From Candidatus Rifleibacteriota bacterium (GTDB lineage: Bacteria > Muiribacteriota > Ozemobacteria > Ozemobacterales > Ozemobacteraceae), in NCBI GenBank assembly GCA_051747585.1, contig JBNJGH010000075.1, positions 1 to 16,892 on the forward strand: a DNA stretch of 16,892 nucleotides. The letters run 5' to 3'. Positions within the stretch are counted from its first letter, which is position 1, and each line of letters opens with the position of its first letter. A program made the translations under genes and the position numbers. Under the pieces are notes generated by a model. It had not been told where the DNA came from. It was given only the letters and a program-made list of their open reading frames with translations, and made no database searches. Below, piece after piece: positions 1-6,214 of this stretch.

Positions 1-84
1 GGTAACATTTGTCGTTGTACGGGTTACAAAAAAATTGAAGCCGCAGTTAAAAAGGCCGCAGAAGACAGGAGAGAAAACCGGTGA
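1..84 (+). CDS. C-terminal end of a (2Fe-2S)-binding subunit/domain, xanthine dehydrogenase/CO dehydrogenase (CoxS/XdhC-like) family; 5' part outside window
   Basis: Manual translation of frame 1: GNICRCTGYKKIEAAVKKAAEDRRENR* (TGA 82-84). GNxCRCTGY is the hallmark motif of the second Fe-S domain. Stop overlaps the next start (GTGA, 81-84). Confidence 0.93.
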   Translation, partial: GNICRCTGYKKIEAAVKKAAEDRRENR

Positions 85-929
85 CAGCTAATATTGAATT
101 TTATAAACCAGAAAAACTAGATGAAGCATGTCGACTATTGGCAGAAGTTCCAGACAGCAAAGCTCTGGCCGGTGGCACCGATTTGATTGTTAAGATGCGT
201 AACGGGCTTTACCCCGATTTAAAAGCCATTGTCGATTTAAATTCTCTGCAACTCAACAAAATTTATGAAGATGATGCCCGAATCTTTATTGGTTCGGGCT
301 GTACAATGACCGATATCTGTAATAATTCCTTAGTTAAGGAAAAATTTCCTGCTTTGGTAATCGCAGCAGGAACCGTAGGAGCTATTCAAATTAGAAATGC
401 TGCTACACTTGGTGGAAATTCGGCCAATGCTTCTCCTGCCGGCGATACTATTCCGGCACTCTATTCTTTAGGTGCTCGTATTCTTTTATGCGGCCCGGGC
501 GGTAAACGACGCGAAATTGCTATTGAGAACTTTTTTGCAGGGCCAGGTAAAAACAAACTCGAGAAAGGCGAAATAATCGAGTCATTTATTCTTCCCGGGG
601 TTAAAACCCGTGGAGCCTTTTTAAAGCTTGGTGAAAGAAAAGCACATGCAATTGCCAAATTAAATCTGGCTTTATCTGTCTGGGAAGAAGAGGGCAATGT
701 CAAATGCGGAATTGCACTTGGCTCTGCATCACCAACAGTGTTACGGCTTTATGAAGCGGAAAAGTTTCTTGAGAAAAACGGTCCGGATCTCAATGAAAAA
801 CAGATAGAAGAACTTGCAAATCTGGCGGTTATTGCTGCAAAACCTATTGATGATTTGCGTTCCAGCGAAAAATATCGTAAGGCAATGGCGGGAGTCTTAA
901 TGAAAAGGGTTTTGGCTGCTATTAGCTAA
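81..929 (+). CDS. FAD-binding (medium) subunit of a xanthine dehydrogenase-family molybdoenzyme (CoxM/XdhB-like)
   Basis: Motifs ALAGGTDL, GAIQIRNAATLGGNSANASPAGD, PIDDLRSSEKYR; GTG start with AGGAGAG upstream; coupled to the Fe-S gene. Substrate cannot be determined here. Confidence 0.95.
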   Translation: MTANIEFYKPEKLDEACRLLAEVPDSKALAGGTDLIVKMRNGLYPDLKAIVDLNSLQLNKIYEDDARIFIGSGCTMTDICNNSLVKEKFPALVIAAGTVGAIQIRNAATLGGNSANASPAGDTIPALYSLGARILLCGPGGKRREIAIENFFAGPGKNKLEKGEIIESFILPGVKTRGAFLKLGERKAHAIAKLNLALSVWEEEGNVKCGIALGSASPTVLRLYEAEKFLEKNGPDLNEKQIEELANLAVIAAKPIDDLRSSEKYRKAMAGVLMKRVLAAIS

Positions 930-970
930 GATTATAAAATTTATTAGAATAATAAATATCTGATTTAAAT

Positions 971-1011
971 AAGCAAAGAAAAAGTGTGAAAAACGCACAT
1001 TTTCTTTGCTT
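971..1011. terminator. Long inverted repeat, possible intrinsic terminator of the molybdoenzyme operon (contains the first putative activator site)
   Basis: AAGCAAAGAAAA (971-982) pairs perfectly with TTTTCTTTGCTT (1000-1011); inner stem GTGTG/CGCAC with AAAAA loop; about 40 nt after the stop at 929. Confidence 0.55.
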
Positions 1012-1036
1012 TATGCTATTTGTGCGAAAAACACAC
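984..1036. promoter_or_regulatory. Two palindromic sites GTGYG-AAAAA-CRCAC, putative upstream activator sequences for a sigma-54 enhancer-binding protein
   Basis: GTGTGAAAAACGCAC (984-998) and GTGCGAAAAACACAC (1022-1036), starts 38 bp apart, roughly 110-165 bp upstream of the inferred sigma-54 start site. Confidence 0.65.
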
Positions 1037-1121
1037 CTCTTTTTGTCGCATTAACTATTCACATTCCCCCCTCCCTATACCGATAGTATTAATAAGGACA
1101 CAATAGACCTGATTATGTACG

Positions 1122-1136
1122 TGGCACAGTTATTGC
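1122..1136 (+). promoter_or_regulatory. Sigma-54 (RpoN) -24/-12 promoter
   Basis: TGGCACAGTTATTGC matches TGGCAC-N5-TTGC with exact GG-N10-GC spacing (GG 1123-1124, GC 1135-1136); inferred start near 1148, just before the RBS AGAGG (1151-1155). Confidence 0.85.
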
Positions 1137-1161
1137 GAATATTTTTATGTAGAGGTTGTTT

Positions 1162-1986
1162 ATGAGTAAGTTTATACGGTTATTAATCATTGTCGGGCTT
1201 TTGGCAGCTTGTCCGCAGTTATATGCGGTTACGGCTACTGAAATTTATAACGATGCCAGAAGAGCATACCTCAATGATAGGTTTAATGCCGCCGAAGAAG
1301 TTTTCGATAATTTCATCGATACCTGGCCTGATCATAAGCTTGCTGAATCGGCTCATTATTATCGAACAATTTGTTCAGCCCATAATTTAGAGGAAAAGAT
1401 GTCAGATAGAAAAATAGAATTGGCAGAAGAGTTGGAAAAAGCTATTAACTCTATTGATAATAAAGAAGCTGATGCTAATATTGCTTTGGCTGAGTTGACG
1501 GCCGAATATGCTCTAAAAGGCGAATTTGATTGGGCCAGGATGTTGCAGCTTACCGATAGACAGCTTTTGCGTGTCTTAAAGAAGGAGTGGTACCCCAGTC
1601 CTGCAGAGTCTCCGTTAGAAGTTCTGAAATTCTCAGCTGAAAAATTAAATGATAAATCTCTAAGTGCCGAATTGAAGGCCAATGTGGCCTATGTTAAGGC
1701 TCGGGCTCTTTGGCAGCTGGTGCTTTCCCCCTTGCCAACTGATTTAAATGCCCGTATAATAAAGATGTGGGGTGATTGGCCGGTACATAAGAGTATGGTT
1801 GAGACATTGAATACCGCTTTTGCCCTCGGTGATTCAGAGATAAAAAAGAAAATAGCGTTGTTGGGTTTTCATTTTGACTGCTTCAGGCATAAGGGAGTTA
1901 AAAGCAGTTGTACATCAGGCCTGGATTGGTTGTCCTATCTTTCTGAACGCGGAATCAGTCGTCAGGAGGTCTGGTGTCCAAGGTGA
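1162..1986 (+). CDS. Exported TPR-containing hypothetical protein (N-terminal BamD/CpoB-like TPR pair), possible lipoprotein
   Basis: ATG 1162 preferred to TTG 1156 because of RBS spacing. Signal peptide MSKFIRLLIIVGLLAAC (lipobox-like LAAC, or SPI site LYA-V); TPR-like segment IYNDARRAYLNDRFNAAEEVFDNFIDTWPDHKLAESAHYY. The rest is helical and unrecognised. Confidence 0.7.
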   Translation: MSKFIRLLIIVGLLAACPQLYAVTATEIYNDARRAYLNDRFNAAEEVFDNFIDTWPDHKLAESAHYYRTICSAHNLEEKMSDRKIELAEELEKAINSIDNKEADANIALAELTAEYALKGEFDWARMLQLTDRQLLRVLKKEWYPSPAESPLEVLKFSAEKLNDKSLSAELKANVAYVKARALWQLVLSPLPTDLNARIIKMWGDWPVHKSMVETLNTAFALGDSEIKKKIALLGFHFDCFRHKGVKSSCTSGLDWLSYLSERGISRQEVWCPR

Positions 1987-2579
1987 ATAACAGGCTGGGC
2001 AATTTAATCAAGATAGGTGGAATTGTGGCATTATTGCTTGTTGCCGCCTATTTTACCACCTGGTTTCCTAAATCTTCGTCAATTGATTTTTCTATTATCA
2101 GAGATAAACTCAGATCGGCGGTTTTTGAGGAAAAACCTGCAGAGGAGCTTGCTACTGCTTCAGCTGAGGTTATTGAAATGGGAAGTGCTAAAGAAAGAAA
2201 AGATGTCGTCGACACTCGTAGAGCAAGGCATTATGTAGAATCAGCAACAGACGATTATTATAAAGGAAGCTATGAAGATGCCCTGAGAAGGCTTGATCGA
2301 GCTAAAATATATGATCCGCACAATTATAGTGTTTTTAAATTGAGTGGTCAGATCTTTTTCGAAAAACAAAAATTTCGCAAAGCCTTTAATAATTTGGAAA
2401 GAGCAAGTCAGTTGCCTAATTCAGATCATACTATTTCCAGAGATATCGATGTTTTAAAGCGACTTTTGCGCTATAGCAGGACAGAAATCGATAAACTGCA
2501 ACGTAAGATTAATCGAGAGCCCAATAACAGCCTGGCTCGAGCTCGTTTAAAAGAACTTAGAGAACAAATGCAAAAATAA
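1974..2579 (+). CDS. Membrane-anchored tetratricopeptide repeat protein
   Basis: AGGAGG RBS at 1964-1969, overlaps the upstream stop; N-terminal TM (IGGIVALLLVAAYFTTWF); TPR patterns YYKGSYEDALRRLDRAKIYDP and SGQIFFEKQKFRKAFNNLERASQLP; coiled-coil-like end. Confidence 0.85.
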   Translation: MSKVNNRLGNLIKIGGIVALLLVAAYFTTWFPKSSSIDFSIIRDKLRSAVFEEKPAEELATASAEVIEMGSAKERKDVVDTRRARHYVESATDDYYKGSYEDALRRLDRAKIYDPHNYSVFKLSGQIFFEKQKFRKAFNNLERASQLPNSDHTISRDIDVLKRLLRYSRTEIDKLQRKINREPNNSLARARLKELREQMQK

Positions 2580-2626
2580 TTTTTTATTGTCTCTGTTGCT
2601 TTAAGAATTTTAACTTTTGTCCGATA

Positions 2627-3556
2627 TTGGTTTCAATGTGCAGCCGTAATAAAAGTCAAACCGGGCTTTTTTATCTCTCCGATGCAGAACTAGTCAAGTT
2701 TTGCGAACCCCATTCGTCTTATCTACCTGAAAAATCAGCCTTCAAAAATGTGATTTTAAACCGGTCTGAGCTCAGAGCCCTTCTTGGTGCCCGAGCTTTT
2801 TATCAGCCCGACTTTTTTTGCGCTGATACTTTTGAAAAAATTTCAGCCTGGGTTGTAAAGCAGAATCAATTCCCCTTGCTGTTGAAATCTGATATAAATG
2901 GCTGTAACAGCGAAAATATTTTTTTGCTTAAGGCATTCAGAGAGTTGCCTGAGTTTTTTGAAAAAATCAGAGAGGATGTCGAAGGGAATCTTATTATAGA
3001 AAAGTTTGTGCCGGCCAAAGCGCGAATTGAAGCTACATTTTTCAATGAAGCTATTGTACTGGTTTCTCAGGTTAGCCTTGATAAATCACTAAAATGCAGA
3101 CATGCCTGGAGGGCTTTCCCCCTTAATTTGCCCAAAGCTTATTTGCAGGAAGTAAAAAACTTTGCCCAAAAAAATTCAGATTTAATAAATTTGAAAAATG
3201 TTCCGATAAGAATCACTTTTGCGATTAATGTCCGGGGATTGATTCCCTTGTCGGTTAATCCCGGCTACAATAGATTAGAATATTTCCCGGCCTGGGGAGA
3301 TGGGTTGAGAGCAACAAAAACAACAGATGCTTCAAGTTCTCTCAACAAGCTTTTGTTTTTTTATCTGTCAGACAGACAGCTGAAAAACCTGAATATTACA
3401 GAGCTTGAAGCTATTCTGGCCGACAGCCTTTGCCGGTTCTGGCCTGGTAATCTCAGTGCTGTCTGGCTTAAAACCTCCAGCAACCAGATAATGAAAGACG
3501 ATTCTAAAAAAGCAGCTGTATTTTTTAATGCAATTTATTCAGAAGATTCCGAATAA
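2627..3556 (+). CDS. Hypothetical protein with a degenerate ATP-grasp-like core; start codon uncertain
   Basis: 309-codon ORF; FPLLLKSDINGCNSENIFLLKAFREL...NLIIEKFVP follows the ATP-grasp PxxxK...EL...iiEefi layout. No clear RBS; alternative ATG at 2636. Confidence 0.6.
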   Translation: MVSMCSRNKSQTGLFYLSDAELVKFCEPHSSYLPEKSAFKNVILNRSELRALLGARAFYQPDFFCADTFEKISAWVVKQNQFPLLLKSDINGCNSENIFLLKAFRELPEFFEKIREDVEGNLIIEKFVPAKARIEATFFNEAIVLVSQVSLDKSLKCRHAWRAFPLNLPKAYLQEVKNFAQKNSDLINLKNVPIRITFAINVRGLIPLSVNPGYNRLEYFPAWGDGLRATKTTDASSSLNKLLFFYLSDRQLKNLNITELEAILADSLCRFWPGNLSAVWLKTSSNQIMKDDSKKAAVFFNAIYSEDSE

Positions 3557-3580
3557 AAAGCAAGCCTGCTTTAATTTTTT
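3557..3580. terminator. Weak hairpin between convergent genes, possible terminator
   Basis: AAAGCA-AGCC-TGCTTT (3557-3572) followed by AATTTTTT; short AT-rich stem. Confidence 0.3.
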
Positions 3581-5081
3581 AAAAATCGTTTCTGTAGCCG
3601 CGCCACACATCATAAAACAGTTTGTTACCCTGAAAGTGGGGGCAATATTTGTAAAAAGCATAAGATGCTGCATTCTTTATTCTGACATTTTGTCCGTCAA
3701 TTGTCATGTTAATAGCCTCGCCTCTATCTAATCTTGCTTTGGCATTGTCAAAATGTCGCCGATAGGTTGCAGCAGCAAATTCAATTTGCTTGTCCAGGCC
3801 TTTGAATTTCTGGTTCCAGTTGCCCGAATCGTAGCATCCTACCCCCAGGGCCCAGTCAAGTTTGTGCTGAGATGCGCTTGTTTTCGAAATTAATCCCTGC
3901 TCGCATTGCAGGCGGGTTAACAATACCTGCGGATTTATTCCATATTTATGGGCCGCGTCATAAATCATTTGTGCCGGGGTTGAGCCACGATAAGGACGGG
4001 CCAGGCTGGAATTTTTACTGTCTAGAAAACTCTGTATCTGCGCTATGGTCATCGTGTTTTTATTTGTTAAGCTGCGGTCGGAGATAAGGTAATCTTTTTG
4101 AAATTTATTTTGCCATGACTCATCGCCTTCGGCCGCAATATCGTAGTCGCCTCCGGGATCAGGGGAACTGTTCGAAGCGTCAGAATCATCGCCTTCAGGA
4201 GGAGAAATGAAAGAATCTTCGCCACGGTCCCTGGTAAGGCCGCGGGGAAGAGCTATCAGCTGACCGGGATAAATGAGGTTGGGAGTCAACATTATGCTGG
4301 GAATCTGGTATTTCAAAATATGTGACCACATGCCGCCATTACCATAATATCTCTTACAAATTTTATAGAGAGAATCTCCTGATCTTACGCGATAATATTC
4401 GATACTACTGATCTGGCTTTCAGGGTCGTTGCTTGCAGTATCAGGAGTTTCAGCTGCATCGTCACCGGAGGTTGACCTGACTCCTTCAGTGCTCAGGCTG
4501 CCGGAAGTTGCCGAAGAAGAAGGGCTGTCGCTTGCTGCATCCGAAGATGATTCTACTTGATCCAGAATTTCCTCTGCCTCATCGAGGGAATCGTCTATAT
4601 CGGAATAATCATTCTCTGTTAGAATGATTTCGTTATCTGATGCGAAGGGATTGGAAGAAGAGGTGTCAGGAGAAGAGGATGAGCTGGGGTTGCCGGTAGA
4701 GGGCGAAGCGTTTTTCCCCGGGTTTGAATCTTCAGACCGGTTATTGAATTTTTTCATATCCATATCAGATACACCGGGAGTGTTTCTGAAAATTTCAATT
4801 TCGAGCTGTCTTTTAGCTTGCCTATATGCTTGTGCATATTTTTCAATATCTTTGCGACCGAGGCCGGCTGCCTGCTGGTATGCCCGGTAAGCTTGCTGAT
4901 AATTATCAAAGGCCTTTTCTACCGCTGCGGGTGAAGAAGGACGGCTGGCTGCTTTCAGTGGATCATTATCTTGATCTTTTTGAATTTCTTTGGTTACAAC
5001 AATGGCGGCGGCACCAATTGCAGCGCCGACGGCCATGGTTAGAAGGAAGCCGATAACCCCTTTTCGGTTTCGCTTTATCAT
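3579..5081 (-). CDS. Membrane-anchored/exported LysM peptidoglycan-binding protein with C-terminal lysozyme-like (SLT-like) domain; putative cell-wall hydrolase
   Basis: ATG 5081 has GGGAG RBS (ORF track starts at 5108). Basic N-terminus plus TM, Ser/Asp-rich linker, LysM (YRVRSGDSLYKICKRYYG...PNLIYPGQLIALP, ~4244-4397), C-terminal AAHKYGINPQVLLTRLQCEQG resembling SLT motif I with Glu. Confidence 0.8.
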   Translation of the reverse strand: MIKRNRKGVIGFLLTMAVGAAIGAAAIVVTKEIQKDQDNDPLKAASRPSSPAAVEKAFDNYQQAYRAYQQAAGLGRKDIEKYAQAYRQAKRQLEIEIFRNTPGVSDMDMKKFNNRSEDSNPGKNASPSTGNPSSSSSPDTSSSNPFASDNEIILTENDYSDIDDSLDEAEEILDQVESSSDAASDSPSSSATSGSLSTEGVRSTSGDDAAETPDTASNDPESQISSIEYYRVRSGDSLYKICKRYYGNGGMWSHILKYQIPSIMLTPNLIYPGQLIALPRGLTRDRGEDSFISPPEGDDSDASNSSPDPGGDYDIAAEGDESWQNKFQKDYLISDRSLTNKNTMTIAQIQSFLDSKNSSLARPYRGSTPAQMIYDAAHKYGINPQVLLTRLQCEQGLISKTSASQHKLDWALGVGCYDSGNWNQKFKGLDKQIEFAAATYRRHFDNAKARLDRGEAINMTIDGQNVRIKNAASYAFYKYCPHFQGNKLFYDVWRGYRNDF

Positions 5082-5257
5082 AAATTTCTCCCGGATATTA
5101 TTGCTCATGAGTTTAATAATAATTTGTTTTGAGGAAAATTGTAAGTGCTATCTTATAAGTTTACGTTTAAGATTTCAAAAAGTTTACCCTAAATTTGCAG
5201 GTGGCTTTGCAATTTATGGTAAATTTAAAGTAACTTAAGTTTTGCGGATCAACAAAA

Positions 5258-6214
5258 ATGAGTATAAAATCAGTTTCACAGAAAAACTCAATCTTTTTTG
5301 GCATAGTTTTTGTTTTGCTTGCCTGTATTGTTTTAAGTGCTGGTATTCTCTGGAAAGGTTTTGTTGAATATCATGGCAATGCTACCGGACTTCCCGATGC
5401 TTTTTCCGGTATAACCCAACAGCCCCCCTTTAAGCCGGAGAGGTTAGCTTACAAAAGAGATGAAATTGTTTTTACTTTTACAATACCAAGAGGAGACCTG
5501 GTGCGCTTTTTTGAAATGGTGCAACCGCGCCTCGATAGTATAGTAAATAAAATTTCCAAACAGGCTGTAGTAGATATTTCTACTGACGAGACAGAAATAA
5601 TAAAAAAAATAGAAAGAGGGCGGGCTGATTTTGGCTCTTTATCAACTATGGGATTCGTTAATTTCATGCACAGCAAAAAAATTCGCCCCGTTTTGCAAAG
5701 GTACAGCAAACCTCCCAAAAGTTCTTTATTCATAGTACGTCGCAATGAAAATATCAGAACCCTTGCAGATCTCAAAAACAAGCGAATTGCATATAAAGAT
5801 AAGTATTCTCTTCCCGGATATTTATTACCTGTCTCTGAAATAAAAAACAAAGGTTTTGAAGTTGACGATTTCTTTGAGCAGGAATACTTTACCGGAAACT
5901 ATAGCAATTCCATGCTGGGACTTCTAAATAATGAGTTTGACGTAATAGTGGCCGCCAGTAATTTCCTTTTCGAAGTTCCCGAAGAACAAAGGAAAAAAAT
6001 CAAAGTTATCCACGAAAGTCGTGAAATACCTGGAGGAGTTTATATAGTCAAAAAGGGAAGAAAAATTCCCTTTGAACAGATAATCACTGGTAATTTTATG
6101 AAATTGTCAGATCAGATTTCTTCAAATGAAGTTTTTTCGGGTATGTTCAAAGTTAAAAAACCGGATTTAGAGGCATATAGAAAACTTGCCCGGGAGTTCG
6201 GCAATGAAAGATAA
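5258..6214 (+). CDS. PhnD/SsuA/transferrin-family (type 2 periplasmic-binding fold) substrate-binding protein, membrane-anchored
   Basis: N-terminal hydrophobic segment; motifs IERGRADFG, SLFIVRRNENIRTLADLKNKRIAY, SLPGYLLP, LLNNEFDV, IKVIHESREIPG typical of PhnD-like proteins. Confidence 0.85.
   Translation: MSIKSVSQKNSIFFGIVFVLLACIVLSAGILWKGFVEYHGNATGLPDAFSGITQQPPFKPERLAYKRDEIVFTFTIPRGDLVRFFEMVQPRLDSIVNKISKQAVVDISTDETEIIKKIERGRADFGSLSTMGFVNFMHSKKIRPVLQRYSKPPKSSLFIVRRNENIRTLADLKNKRIAYKDKYSLPGYLLPVSEIKNKGFEVDDFFEQEYFTGNYSNSMLGLLNNEFDVIVAASNFLFEVPEEQRKKIKVIHESREIPGGVYIVKKGRKIPFEQIITGNFMKLSDQISSNEVFSGMFKVKKPDLEAYRKLAREFGNER

Noticed and set aside
984..1036. Paired 15-bp palindromes as a mini CRISPR array or IS ends
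   Set aside because: Only two short units, no cas or transposase; position next to a sigma-54 promoter explains them better.
1028..1080. Minus-strand strong RBS-like run (AGGGAGGGGGG) suggesting a small leader peptide
   Set aside because: Nearest starts give only 1-3 codons; an 11-codon ORF further on is poorly spaced and featureless.
1162..1986. Calling the first TPR gene bamD or cpoB
   Set aside because: Resemblance is limited to one N-terminal TPR pair; the remainder and gene context do not fit.
5258..6214. Phosphonate ABC transporter operon (phnCDE)
   Set aside because: No ATPase or permease adjacent, and the binding signature is altered.
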